NCBI RefSeq assembly: GCF_947492715.1
Contig: NZ_CANLNS010000007.1
Location: forward strand, 140,591 to 204,590
DNA from: an uncultured Psychroserpens sp.
GTDB taxonomy: Bacteria; Bacteroidota; Bacteroidia; Flavobacteriales; Flavobacteriaceae
DNA: 64,000 nucleotides
Reading direction: 5' to 3'
Numbering within the stretch: the stretch's first letter is position 1; every line of letters begins with the position of its first letter. Of this stretch, positions 8,853-18,861 are shown in pieces. The position numbers and the translations under genes are program-made. The notes beneath the pieces were generated by a model. It made no database searches and was not told where the DNA came from. It was given only the letters and a program-made list of their open reading frames with translations.

Positions 8853-10562
8853 TCAATTTTTTAAAACTCTTAAGGTCTCATAACGGTTTTCAATAAAAAC
8901 CTTAACGATATAGATACCAGACTGCAGTGAAGACATGTCTATGTGTTGTGCTGTACTTTGATTTTTAATAGCAATAACTAGCTGCCCCAAAACATTTCTA
9001 ATTTCGATTGCATCAATACTATGCGACGTAGCTATTCTCAAAATATCCTGTACAGGATTAGGGTAAATTCTTAAATCATTGTTGATTGAATTCTCATCTA
9101 TAGATAGTGATTCTCCCTCAGCAAGCACAACTACTTGGTTGGATTGTACATTAAAATGCATTTCTTCAAGACCGCTTGGCCAAGTTACTTTCACATAATT
9201 TACCAGTGAATTATTATCCAATCCAAAATGCATCGTTCCAGAGTTTTGCCCCAAATAACCTTCTCCACATAATTTATAGCCATATTGCTTTTCTCCGTTA
9301 ACGGAAATCTCAACTCTAGCTCCAATAGCATCTCTATTACTCTGTGTCCCTTCCAATTTCAATTTTAGCCAATTCCTTGAATTAGATGTCATGTTTTTCC
9401 ATAGAAACATATCTTGACCATCATTACTTACTACAATGTCAAGTAATCCGTCATTATTAATATCACCTGTTGCATTAGAATAACTCGCACCATTATCCAT
9501 GGGGAAACAACTATTATTTAAAGTAAACGTATTATTATCATTGTTTTCATAAAATGCGGAAGACAACAAACCTCCCACGCTTCCATCATATTGTCCACTT
9601 ACATATAAATCAAGGTCGCTATCATTATCAGCTTCAAAGAACACTGCTCCCCAACCGATGCTATCGAACGTAGTCCCAGTAGACATTGCCATATTCTGAA
9701 AGGTTTCATCGCCATTGTTTTTTAAGAGGTAATTTCCAGAAGGACTATTAGTGATATAAATATCAAAGAAACCATCTTTATTATAATCGCCAACTGTAAC
9801 AGACATGGCATCAATTGCTATATTAGTTCCAGACGATATACTAATATCTGTAAACGTACCATTGCCATTATTTTTATAAAGTTTGTTTTCGTAATTAAGT
9901 TTATCGTTAGACACATAAAGATCTTGATATCCATCGTTGTTAATATCTAAAAATGCGGCACAAAATGAGAATGCTGGATCTTGATCAATCCCAGCTGGCA
10001 AAGTCATATCTGTAAATGTGCCATCGCCGTTATTCTTATAAAGTATGTTAGAAAATATTGACGTTCTATTACTTAAAAAGACATCTAAAAACCCATCATT
10101 ATCATAATCTCCCCAAGAAGCCCCATAAGTAAATACGTTACCAGTTATCATACCAGAAGTGGCCGTAATATCTTCGAAGATCATATTTCCATTGTTCTTC
10201 AATAGTTTATTACCATTAGTATCACTAGTTACGAACAAATCATTATCTCCGTCGTTATCAAAATCTACCCAAACTGCACATCTTGTTTGGTAATTGATGT
10301 ATGGTAAATTAAAATCTTGTTCAGCAAAAACACCAAAAAAGTTTTTAAAAAACCTCAACTCATTATTATTAGCAGTGCTAATTGTAATATCATCCCAACC
10401 ATCGTTATCATAATCAAAAAAAGAAACACCATTTCCTAAAGATGTTAATCCTGGAGAAATATCAACACCCAAATTAGCAGCCATGTTCTCAAATTGTATT
10501 TGAGCATTTACTACATTTAGTGAAAGCGTATAAAGCAACAAAAAACAAAAGGTTTTTTTCAT
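8853..10562 (-). CDS. FG-GAP/VCBS repeat protein with ASPIC/UnbV-like domain (CRTAC1-like) and T9SS CTD
   Basis: Repeated FDYDNDGWDDI, VDFDNDGDNDLF, GDYDNDGFLDVF, LDINNDGYQDLY and GDINNDGLLDIV calcium-binding FG-GAP motifs. RDAIGARVEISVNG...YLGQNSGTMHFGL is UnbV/ASPIC-like. The C-terminus is IYPNPVQDILRI...NVLGQLV...GIYIVKV. Confidence 0.85.
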   Translation of the reverse strand: MKKTFCFLLLYTLSLNVVNAQIQFENMAANLGVDISPGLTSLGNGVSFFDYDNDGWDDITISTANNNELRFFKNFFGVFAEQDFNLPYINYQTRCAVWVDFDNDGDNDLFVTSDTNGNKLLKNNGNMIFEDITATSGMITGNVFTYGASWGDYDNDGFLDVFLSNRTSIFSNILYKNNGDGTFTDMTLPAGIDQDPAFSFCAAFLDINNDGYQDLYVSNDKLNYENKLYKNNGNGTFTDISISSGTNIAIDAMSVTVGDYNKDGFFDIYITNSPSGNYLLKNNGDETFQNMAMSTGTTFDSIGWGAVFFEADNDSDLDLYVSGQYDGSVGGLLSSAFYENNDNNTFTLNNSCFPMDNGASYSNATGDINNDGLLDIVVSNDGQDMFLWKNMTSNSRNWLKLKLEGTQSNRDAIGARVEISVNGEKQYGYKLCGEGYLGQNSGTMHFGLDNNSLVNYVKVTWPSGLEEMHFNVQSNQVVVLAEGESLSIDENSINNDLRIYPNPVQDILRIATSHSIDAIEIRNVLGQLVIAIKNQSTAQHIDMSSLQSGIYIVKVFIENRYETLRVLKN

Positions 10563-10602
10563 AACTAGTAGTTTTCAATATTCGATAGTATAATATAAGA
10601 AT

Positions 10603-10640
10603 AAAATAAAAAAGAGGCCTAATTTAAAATTAGACCTCTT
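10603..10640 (-). terminator. intrinsic terminator of the 1054-aa cargo gene
   Basis: aagaggcctaat / attagacctctt hairpin (one mismatch), followed by a T-rich tract on the minus strand. Confidence 0.6.
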
Positions 10641-10662
10641 TGTCATATAAAGATATTAAAGA

Positions 10663-13600
10663 TTACTCTTTTAAAACTCTTATTGCTTTGGTTTGGGTTT
10701 CAATAGAAACCTTAACAATATAAGCTCCAGATTGTAAATTAGACATATCTATGTTTTGAATCGTATTTTGGCTATCAATTGCAATAATACGTTGCCCAAG
10801 AACATTAAACACTTCTATTTTATCAATAGTTTTAGGTGAATCTAAAGTTAATACATCTTTTACTGGATTTGGATAATAATTAAAGCCAGCAAATGTATCG
10901 TCTTCTACTCCTAAACTCGTTGGAGACCAAGCACAAATATTAAAATCTCCTTTAACATTATCACCAAATTCCCAAACTCTAATTAATAGAATATCACCAG
11001 GTGTTAACCCCGTTAATTCCACTAGAGAAAACAAACCAGTACCACCATCATCATCACATCCAGCAGATAAAAGATTACCTGAAGTTCCTGAGTACACTTC
11101 CATTGTGGTATCTGTAATTCCACTTCCATCAGCAGAAGATGTTTCAATTGTTAATTCGCCCGTTGCAGGCACCATAACTTTAAACCATACATCTCCACCT
11201 TCATAACCAGAGGCGCCACATGAAGGATCTCCCTCTCCAGAATCTGTAGCACCTACATTAGAACCTAATGTTGGTGATTCACACAATGTGTCTCCAACAG
11301 AAATTTCAACTGCACCTGCCGGTACATCATTTTCAGGCGGACAAACATCTGTCGAGAACGACTCAGTAGCTGCACAAGTATCATCGGCAGCATCTTCTAT
11401 TGTTACATCATAATCTGTTGCGGCATTTAAACCAGTAATACTATAAGGCGACGCTGTTCCATCAACACCAGAAATTACGGGTGCACCATCTAACAAAATA
11501 TTAACTGAAGTAGCACTTCCTATATTAGTAATATCTACATCAATAACGAAACCATCTTCAGATGGACACGTATTACCGCCATCAGATAATGCAAATGAGG
11601 CTGGTATACAAGCTGGTGGTGGCACACAACTTACATCAAGTGTATATGCTCCTGCATTTGTTGAGAAACCATGTACTAACACATAGTAATCTGTACCTAC
11701 TGTTGTTGTAAATGTAAATAAAGACGTGGTACCTGTACCTCCATCATCATTTCCTCCAACACAAACTAAGGCATCACATCCACCTTCAAAGACTCTAATC
11801 TTTGTATCAAAAGTTGACAAACTTAAATCTAAAGTGACATCATCACCTTGACTTCCATTAGCCGCTGCTCCATCATTAGAATTCGCTCCTGTAAATCTAT
11901 ACCATACAGCTCCTGCCGATCCTGCCGAAGTTCCACAGAATCCTGGATCTGGATCTTCTGGATTCGCATTTGTTGTATCTCCTGTATACTGACCATCACA
12001 AGCAATCTCTATAGCTCCAGCGCAGTCATCATTTTCTGGTGCCGGTTGTGGACACGTAAAATCAAATGTTCCAACAGTTGAACTACATGCTGCATCTAAA
12101 GCTGTTAATTCAATTGTTACTGAATCTCCACTATTATAAGGTCCTGTTGTTACTGTTCCTGCTACTATTGGGTACGTATTTGTTCCATCGTCTAAAACAC
12201 TTCCTGCATCTCCAGCATCTGAAAACACGTGATCTACAGTAAATGTTCCTGTTCCATCTGGATTACAACTATCAACGACGGTCGAACTATCTAAAACTGG
12301 TGGTGTACATGCTGGTGGTGGCACACAAGTTATTGTCAATTCAAAAGCTCCAACATTACCAACGTTCCAACCTTCAACTGAAATCCAATATTGCGTTCCT
12401 ACTACTGAAACAAATGTGGTCTCCGCTGTAAAATTAACCTCAGATCCACCACACTCATCAAATCCATCATCAATACAAGTCAAATTACCGGATGAGCCTG
12501 TAAAGACAAACAATTCAGTGTCAAAATCTGTATTTGCACATGTAGACAATGTGACTGTATCTCCTGTTCCAACAAAACCATACCATACATTTGGTGAGTC
12601 AGTATCTGCTCCTGTATCTGGTTCTATTGTAGCAACATCTGGAGCATCGGCTTCATCAATTGTAGCTGCAGATGTATCTCCCGCATATGTGTTTCCACAA
12701 GTTATATCAATAGCATTTGCCAAGTCATCATTCTCAGGTCCTGGTTGTGGACATGTAAAATCAAACGTTCCTACTGTAGAACTACAATCTGTATCTAAAG
12801 CCGTTAATTCAATTGTTACTGAATCTCCACTATTATATGGTCCTGTTGTTACTGTTCCTGCAACTATTGGGTACGTATTTGTTCCATCGTCTAAAACACT
12901 TCCTGCATCTCCTGCATCTGAAAACACGTGATCTACAGTAAATGTTCCTGTTCCATCTGGATTACAACTATCAACGACAGTTGAACTATCCAATGTAGGC
13001 GGTGTACATGTTGGTATAACTGCACATGTTAAGGTAAGGTCTATTGTTCCAGTAGTGCTGCTAGAGCCTGACCAATGTGCTATATACACATAATAAGTCT
13101 CATCTAATACTGAGGTGAAGGTAAACGTCTCTTCTCCGGCTGAACCATCATCACAACCAACATTTGCTAATGCTCCACAAGCTCCACTTGTGATTGCCAT
13201 TTCATGGTCAAAACTAGCAGTAGAAGTTAATGTCATATCACCCCCTGTTCCTGTGAATGTAAACCAAATTCCATTTGTTCCCATTGTACAGCCACTTCCT
13301 TCTTGGTCTCCAGTAGACCCTACAGATGAAGTGTTTATAGTCTCATCACATACTATTGGTGTTGCATTAGCACAGTCAACATTATCTGGAGCTGCTGGTG
13401 GATCTTGTACAACCCACTCAAGTGTAAAGGTACCTGATCCTGTAGAAAAGGCAGACTGAGTCCAAAAAACTGTTTGATCAGATCCAGTGTCATTATCCCA
13501 TGTTTCTGTTTGCGTATCTGGGTCATCAGTGCAAACAATAAGTGTTTCACCAGGACATGTCCCATAAGCTAATCTATGCTTAGAATCATAGCTATTTGCA

Positions 13601-13827
13601 GATTGACCTATGACGAGTTGTTGCCCATCTGGCACAAGAATTGAAAACACTTGGTCTGGTGCCCCTACATTGGTTAAACAATCTTGTCCGAAATCATTAG
13701 CTGCACCTGTGGTATCGCCATTATATGGACTTGTCAAGGCACCTAAATCTATTACTCCTGCACAATCCTCTTGTGAGAATGCGAAGCATGATAGCAATAG
13801 AAAAAATAATAAAGTAATTTTTTTCAT
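10663..13827 (-). CDS. large secreted T9SS cargo protein with five PPC-like modules, two near-identical Ig-like modules and Por CTD
   Basis: Signal peptide MKKITLLFFLLLSCFAFSQ. Modules begin EDCAGVIDLG, DNVDCANATPIVC, ENDDLANAIDITCG, ENDDCAGAIEIACDG and ENDVPAGAVEISVG. The C-terminus is FNYYPNPVKDVLTL...NVLGQRI...GAYIVKV. Confidence 0.85.
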   Translation of the reverse strand: MKKITLLFFLLLSCFAFSQEDCAGVIDLGALTSPYNGDTTGAANDFGQDCLTNVGAPDQVFSILVPDGQQLVIGQSANSYDSKHRLAYGTCPGETLIVCTDDPDTQTETWDNDTGSDQTVFWTQSAFSTGSGTFTLEWVVQDPPAAPDNVDCANATPIVCDETINTSSVGSTGDQEGSGCTMGTNGIWFTFTGTGGDMTLTSTASFDHEMAITSGACGALANVGCDDGSAGEETFTFTSVLDETYYVYIAHWSGSSSTTGTIDLTLTCAVIPTCTPPTLDSSTVVDSCNPDGTGTFTVDHVFSDAGDAGSVLDDGTNTYPIVAGTVTTGPYNSGDSVTIELTALDTDCSSTVGTFDFTCPQPGPENDDLANAIDITCGNTYAGDTSAATIDEADAPDVATIEPDTGADTDSPNVWYGFVGTGDTVTLSTCANTDFDTELFVFTGSSGNLTCIDDGFDECGGSEVNFTAETTFVSVVGTQYWISVEGWNVGNVGAFELTITCVPPPACTPPVLDSSTVVDSCNPDGTGTFTVDHVFSDAGDAGSVLDDGTNTYPIVAGTVTTGPYNSGDSVTIELTALDAACSSTVGTFDFTCPQPAPENDDCAGAIEIACDGQYTGDTTNANPEDPDPGFCGTSAGSAGAVWYRFTGANSNDGAAANGSQGDDVTLDLSLSTFDTKIRVFEGGCDALVCVGGNDDGGTGTTSLFTFTTTVGTDYYVLVHGFSTNAGAYTLDVSCVPPPACIPASFALSDGGNTCPSEDGFVIDVDITNIGSATSVNILLDGAPVISGVDGTASPYSITGLNAATDYDVTIEDAADDTCAATESFSTDVCPPENDVPAGAVEISVGDTLCESPTLGSNVGATDSGEGDPSCGASGYEGGDVWFKVMVPATGELTIETSSADGSGITDTTMEVYSGTSGNLLSAGCDDDGGTGLFSLVELTGLTPGDILLIRVWEFGDNVKGDFNICAWSPTSLGVEDDTFAGFNYYPNPVKDVLTLDSPKTIDKIEVFNVLGQRIIAIDSQNTIQNIDMSNLQSGAYIVKVSIETQTKAIRVLKE
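12025..12309 (-). repeat. copy 2 of a 285-nt intragenic direct repeat (aa 507-601)
   Basis: Encodes CTPPVLDSSTVVDSCNPDGTGTFTVDHVFSDAGDAGSVLDDGTNTYPIVAGTVTTGPYNSGDSVTIELTALDAACSSTVGTFDFTCPQPAPENDD. Nearly identical at DNA level to 12724-13008. Confidence 0.9.
12724..13008 (-). repeat. copy 1 of the 285-nt intragenic direct repeat (aa 274-368)
   Basis: Same 95-aa module with 4 amino-acid differences. The offset between copies is exactly 699 nt (233 codons). Confidence 0.9.
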
Positions 13828-13940
13828 TTTTGTCGGTTTTTAGTTAATGTATTAATTAATAACCCTGTAAATTATTCATATTAAAAGCATTACAATCAAA
13901 AAGAACTTAACAAGATATCAACAATTCGACAAAGCATAAG

Positions 13941-13952
13941 AAAACACCGATA
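13941..13952 (-). promoter_or_regulatory. copy 3 of exact 12-mer AAAACACCGATA
   Basis: Lies 114 nt upstream of the ATG at 13827, inside a 351-nt ORF-free upstream region. Confidence 0.35.
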
Positions 13953-14123
13953 AGTGGTTGTGCGTGATTAAGAAAAAATCTAAATTTTAACAAAAAACAT
14001 GCATTTTTTTATAGTTTTTTAAATCTTTAGTGCGTTTTTTTTCTTTTTTAGTCATATTTTCATCGAACAAAAAATACCATTTATCTATTATAATCCCATG
14101 TAAAACGATAAAAATATAAGCAT

Positions 14124-14153
14124 AAAAAAAACCGATGTTTTCACATCGGTTTT
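14124..14153 (-). terminator. intrinsic terminator of fabI
   Basis: aaaaccgatgt-tttc-acatcggtttt hairpin, followed by a T-run (an A-run on the + strand) on the minus strand. Confidence 0.7.
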
Positions 14154-14178
14154 GGTTATAAAAAGGTGTATTATTATA

Positions 14179-14997
14179 TTATTGATTCTCTACAAAGGCA
14201 TCCATTACAGCATCGCTTACACCCATATTACTAAAACCACCATCGTTATACAGGTTTTGAAGTGTAACACGTTTTGTTAAATCACTGAATAAAGTCACTG
14301 TGTAATTAGCACAATCTAATGCTGTTGCATTACCTAAAGGCGACATTTTTTCGGCATAAGAAATAAAGCCATCAAAACCTTTTACCCCTTGACCTGCGGT
14401 CGTTGGTGTAGGCGATTGAGAAATTGTATTCACTCTAACTTTTTTATCTCTTCCGAAGAAATAACCAAAACTACGTGCAATACTCTCTAAGTATGCTTTA
14501 TTATCAGCCATGTCATTATAATCAGGAAACACGCGTTGTGCTGCCATATATGTTAATGCAACAATACTCCCCCATTCATTCATAGCATCTGCTTTATATA
14601 AGGTTTGCATAACCTTATGAAAAGACATAGCCGAAACATCAGTTCCCTTTTGGGTCCAATCGTATTTTTGATCTGTATAAGCTCTTCCTTTTCTAACGTT
14701 TACAGACATCCCAATAGAATGCAATACAAAATCGAGTTTACCACCAAGGATTTCCATAGATTGATTAACTAGATTCTCTAGATCTTCTTGCGAGGTCGCA
14801 TCGGCAGGAATAATTTGAGAGCCTGTTTTTTCAGCCAACTCATTGATTTGCCCCATTCTCATTGCAATTGGTGCATTAGTAAGTACAAATGTTCCGCCTT
14901 CTTCGTGCACACGTTCTGCTGTTTTCCAAGCGATTGAATTAGAATCCAATGCGCCAAAAATAATTCCGCGCTTTCCTTTTAATAAATTGTATGACAT
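14179..14997 (-). CDS. fabI: enoyl-[acyl-carrier-protein] reductase (NADH), SDR family
   Basis: The N-terminus LLKGKRGIIFGALDSNSIAWK and the overall 272-aa SDR layout are typical of bacteroidetal FabI. Confidence 0.8.
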   Translation of the reverse strand: MSYNLLKGKRGIIFGALDSNSIAWKTAERVHEEGGTFVLTNAPIAMRMGQINELAEKTGSQIIPADATSQEDLENLVNQSMEILGGKLDFVLHSIGMSVNVRKGRAYTDQKYDWTQKGTDVSAMSFHKVMQTLYKADAMNEWGSIVALTYMAAQRVFPDYNDMADNKAYLESIARSFGYFFGRDKKVRVNTISQSPTPTTAGQGVKGFDGFISYAEKMSPLGNATALDCANYTVTLFSDLTKRVTLQNLYNDGGFSNMGVSDAVMDAFVENQ

Positions 14998-15047
14998 GCG
15001 TTTATAATTAAGATGTTAGTTGATTATTTATAAGTTCAAAGATAGTA

Positions 15048-16700
15048 TTAATTGAGTAATTGTTTAGCATGCTCTATGGCAGAATTTGAAACGTCTACTC
15101 CACCTAGCATCTGTGCGATTTCAACAATGCGTTCCTCAGGCATTAATTTTTTTAGTCGCGTTTGTGTAACGTTTTCAATATCTTCTTTATAGACTTTGAA
15201 ATGTGTATCGCCTTTTGCCGCAATTTGAGGTAAGTGCGTGATTGTAAACACCTGCATTGTTTTACTCATTTGCTGCATAATGCTTGCCATTTTATTTGAA
15301 ATTTCACCTGAAACACCCGTGTCAATTTCGTCAAACATAATAGTAGGTAATTGTGTGTATTTTGATAAGATTGATTTAATTGCCAGCATTATTCTTGACA
15401 ATTCACCTCCTGAGGCTGCTTTTTTAAGATCATTAAATTGACCTCCTTTATTTGCAGAAAACAAAAATTTTAGATTATCGGTTCCATTAGTCAAAAACAC
15501 CTCCGAAGGCTGTAATTCAATATTAAATTTCGCATTAGGCATACCTAATGTTCCTAAAATACGCTCTAATTGTTTGATGAGATCTGGAATGACCTTCACT
15601 CTATTAGAATGAAGCGCACTAGCTTTTAGTTTTAATTGTTCATTAATAACGATTATGACTTTCTCCTTTTCTAAAATATCAGAATCTAAGTGCTCTGTGG
15701 CCGAAACTTTTTCTGCAAGATTTTCTTTTACTTCAATTAACTCCTCTATGGATTGGCTAGTGTGTTTTAGCATTAAATTATGAATAACTTGCAATTTCGA
15801 ATTTACAGCATCCAAGCGGTTTGGATCGGCTTCTAACTGTCCCTCTAACTGTTCAATCTCGGAAAACATATCATCTAATTCAATCAAACTACTTACAACA
15901 CGCTGATACATATCTTCGTATTGTTTTCCGAAACCCGCAATCTTACCTAGTTGATTTTTAACCTCAGACAGATTAGTAGTAATACCTACCTCTTCATGAC
16001 TCAGTAGACGATGAGATTGTGTTAATTTTTCTTTTATATCTTCTACATTATTAAGAGTTTCAAACTCACTTTCTAAGGTCTCTAATTCTCCAGCAACTAG
16101 TTTAGCTTCCTCCAATTCCTTTAACAAAAACAAATTGTAATCCAGCTCTTTTATAGATTCAGCCTTTTGCAAATGAAGGTGTTCAAGCTCGGCTTTTAAT
16201 CCCTTATATTGTTTGAGTTTATCTGTATAATCTGTTAACAGCACCTCATTATTGGCCAAGGCATCAATAATTTGAAATTGAAAGTCGTCGTTAGTAAGCT
16301 GCAAAGTTTGGTGCTGTGAGTGTATATCTAACAAGCGTTCGCCCAAAACTTGAAGGCTATTTAAATTTACAGGTGTATCATTAATAAAAGCTCTAGATTT
16401 TCCTGAAGGTAAAATCTCTCTTCTTATTATGGTAAGCGATTCATAATCTAAACCTTCTGTAACAAACAAAGTCTTCAAATTATATTTAGCAATATCGAAG
16501 GTAGCTTCGATAATACACTTTTTTGAAGCGTCTTTTATCGCACTTAAATCTGCACGTTTACCTAAAATTAAAGACAATCCACCTAACAAAATAGACTTAC
16601 CCGCTCCTGTTTCTCCAGTAATAATTGACAATCCATTATTAAAGTTTACATGGAGCTCATCTATAAGCGCATAATTTTTTATAGTAAGTTGTGTAAGCAT
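15048..16700 (-). CDS. recN: DNA repair protein RecN
   Basis: MLTQLTIKNYALID...GETGAGKSILLGGL (Walker A), a long coiled-coil middle region, SGGELSRIMLAIK signature and MFDEIDTGVSG Walker B. Confidence 0.95.
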   Translation of the reverse strand: MLTQLTIKNYALIDELHVNFNNGLSIITGETGAGKSILLGGLSLILGKRADLSAIKDASKKCIIEATFDIAKYNLKTLFVTEGLDYESLTIIRREILPSGKSRAFINDTPVNLNSLQVLGERLLDIHSQHQTLQLTNDDFQFQIIDALANNEVLLTDYTDKLKQYKGLKAELEHLHLQKAESIKELDYNLFLLKELEEAKLVAGELETLESEFETLNNVEDIKEKLTQSHRLLSHEEVGITTNLSEVKNQLGKIAGFGKQYEDMYQRVVSSLIELDDMFSEIEQLEGQLEADPNRLDAVNSKLQVIHNLMLKHTSQSIEELIEVKENLAEKVSATEHLDSDILEKEKVIIVINEQLKLKASALHSNRVKVIPDLIKQLERILGTLGMPNAKFNIELQPSEVFLTNGTDNLKFLFSANKGGQFNDLKKAASGGELSRIMLAIKSILSKYTQLPTIMFDEIDTGVSGEISNKMASIMQQMSKTMQVFTITHLPQIAAKGDTHFKVYKEDIENVTQTRLKKLMPEERIVEIAQMLGGVDVSNSAIEHAKQLLN

Positions 16701-16762
16701 TTTCGTGTGACTAATTACAGTATGAAATTACTGAAATTAACATAAAAACAAGGTGTATAAAC

Positions 16763-17650
16763 TTAGAAATTTATTTTACGCCATTTAGCAGCGTGAAAAG
16801 GAGCAATTCTTGTTAAGGTTGAAATCAAATCAGACACATTAACAGACGGACCATCACTAAAAATTTCTTGTATTTCGTCTGATTTAGCATCAAAAAAGAC
16901 ACGCATTAAATACGAATTTGGCCGACGATTATTCAAGGTTTGCAAATCGGTTATTGATTCTGCTATAGCCTGTTTACCTTCTTTAGCATCATTACTCATT
17001 TCATCCAAACCATTACGATGATATTCGTACATAACATCTCTAAATTCCTTAAAGGTAGATGACAACACATTATCTATTAACACAAAACGTGTTTGTTGCC
17101 CATCTGCCAACTTCCAACCTTTAGCATTATTTTGCTGTGAATAATTTACAATGGTTTGTGCTTGCTTATAATATTCTTCACCTCCTTTAGGAGCAAATGT
17201 ATCAGCGTCTAAACCTAAAATCATATAAATATGAAACGTAATCATAGATACAAGATTAGACTCAAACTGATTAGGATTATAAACAAAATTCTGAAATTCT
17301 AAATATTGAAAGTTGAAATCTTTATCGTTGTAATTATAAACAGGTGCAGCATAAGTAGAGCCAAATACTGGTCGTGTACTTTGCACTTGAAGCGTTGCTT
17401 GAAACAAGTCGGTATCATAATTTTCGATGGTAATAATCATACCACAATCGATACGCTCTTGGGGTTTAAACGACTTATCTGTCCACTTTGTATTATTAAT
17501 AAACTCTGTTAACTGACGTTCCAATGTTTTAAAAACTTGAACATTTTCGTTACCAGTTTTTTGTGCATTTACAACAACATTACAGTTTAGTTCTTGCGAC
17601 CAAGCTGTAGACATTACCAAGGCTAATAGAATAAATATATAATTACGCAT
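16763..17650 (-). CDS. DUF4835-family secreted protein (the family found between coaBC and recN in Bacteroidota; I recall some databases naming it PorD)
   Basis: Signal peptide [19 protein letters not shown]. Conserved position between coaBC and recN. The family name is from memory and is not verified. Confidence 0.55.
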   Translation of the reverse strand: MRNYIFILLALVMSTAWSQELNCNVVVNAQKTGNENVQVFKTLERQLTEFINNTKWTDKSFKPQERIDCGMIITIENYDTDLFQATLQVQSTRPVFGSTYAAPVYNYNDKDFNFQYLEFQNFVYNPNQFESNLVSMITFHIYMILGLDADTFAPKGGEEYYKQAQTIVNYSQQNNAKGWKLADGQQTRFVLIDNVLSSTFKEFRDVMYEYHRNGLDEMSNDAKEGKQAIAESITDLQTLNNRRPNSYLMRVFFDAKSDEIQEIFSDGPSVNVSDLISTLTRIAPFHAAKWRKINF

Positions 17651-18854
17651 GTGTTTGTTTTAAAATTTGTTGCATTAAATCTTGTGCTACTTCAGTTTTT
17701 GATTTTAACTCGTGAGCAAAAATGTCATGAGATGCAGTTATAAAAGTAACTTTATTTGTTGAACCACCAAAACCAGCGCCTTTATCATTTAATGAATTAA
17801 GAACGATTAGATCTAAATTTTTAGCTGCTAATTTCCCTTTAGCATGTTCTAATTCATTATTGGTTTCAAGAGCAAAACCAACCAAAAACTGTTGTTTTTT
17901 TATAGCTCCTAAAGATTTCAAAATATCCTTTGTTTTTTCCAACTCAATAGTAAACGTTGATTCCTTCTTTTTTATTTTTTGGGTAGCAACATTTTTTGGT
18001 CTATAATCTGCAACAGCAGCCGAAAGAATAGCTATATCACAAGTATTAAAGTGCTTGTGTACCTCATCATACATGTCTTGAGCACTCTTTACACGCTCTA
18101 CGGTAATCATGCTTTGATTAACATGTTGAGATGATGGTCCTGAAACCAAAATAACTTCAGCGCCTAAATTAGCAGCCGCTTTAGCAATTTCAAACCCCAT
18201 TTTCCCGCTAGAATGGTTCCCAATAAAACGTACAGGATCTATGGCTTCATATGTTGGTCCTGCCGTAATCAATATCTTCTTACCTCTTAAAGGCAATTTT
18301 CCGAGAATATCTTTTTCTACAAAGGCAATAATATCTTCGGGCTCTGCCATACGCCCCTCTCCTACGAGCCCACTCGCTAATTCACCAGATGTGGCTGGAA
18401 TCATCACATTTCCGAAGGATTTCAACTTTTCAAAAGAATGCTTAGTAGAGTCGTGTTTGTACATATCTAAATCCATTGCCGGAGCAAAATACACAGGGCA
18501 TTTAGCAGATAGATAGGTAGCAAGTAATAAATTATCGCAGGTTCCATTTGCCATTTTAGACATTGTATTGGCTGTAGCAGGAGCGATTACAAAGAAATCT
18601 GCCCACAGCCCAAGCTCTACATGGTTATTCCACATAGCATTGTCATCTTCTTCATTGGTAAATGTAGAATAGACTGGATTTTTAGATAAGGTAGAAAGTG
18701 TTAAAGGTGTAATGAAATCTTTAGAAGCAGGTGTCATAACGACCTTCACGTTAGCACCTGCTTTTATAAATAGCCTAACTAGGCTCGCTGTCTTGTAAGC
18801 CGCAATACCGGCAGTTATGCCTAATAGTATATTTTTGCCGCTTAATATAGACAT
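17643..18854 (-). CDS. coaBC: bifunctional phosphopantothenoylcysteine decarboxylase / phosphopantothenate-cysteine ligase
   Basis: N-terminal flavoprotein motif [16 protein letters not shown]. CoaB motif [25 protein letters not shown]. Confidence 0.95.
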   Translation of the reverse strand: MSILSGKNILLGITAGIAAYKTASLVRLFIKAGANVKVVMTPASKDFITPLTLSTLSKNPVYSTFTNEEDDNAMWNNHVELGLWADFFVIAPATANTMSKMANGTCDNLLLATYLSAKCPVYFAPAMDLDMYKHDSTKHSFEKLKSFGNVMIPATSGELASGLVGEGRMAEPEDIIAFVEKDILGKLPLRGKKILITAGPTYEAIDPVRFIGNHSSGKMGFEIAKAAANLGAEVILVSGPSSQHVNQSMITVERVKSAQDMYDEVHKHFNTCDIAILSAAVADYRPKNVATQKIKKKESTFTIELEKTKDILKSLGAIKKQQFLVGFALETNNELEHAKGKLAAKNLDLIVLNSLNDKGAGFGGSTNKVTFITASHDIFAHELKSKTEVAQDLMQQILKQTHA

Positions 18855-18861
18855 GCTTATA

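Noticed and set aside
12416-12931. 171-aa + strand ORF, together with the similar ORFs at 3959-4168, 7609-7815, 11848-12081, 13115-13459 and 13610-13843, all inside the T9SS cargo genes
   Set aside because: They are antisense to long, well-supported cargo genes with signal peptides and CTDs. The biased Thr/Gly/Asp codon usage removes stops from the opposite strand, and the products are low-complexity Ser/Pro/Val strings.
3466-13827. The T9SS cargo cluster as a horizontally acquired mobile island
   Set aside because: I could find no integrase, transposase, flanking tRNA or terminal direct repeats. Each gene has native-looking terminators. The higher GC is explained by the Thr/Gly/Ala/Asp-rich composition.
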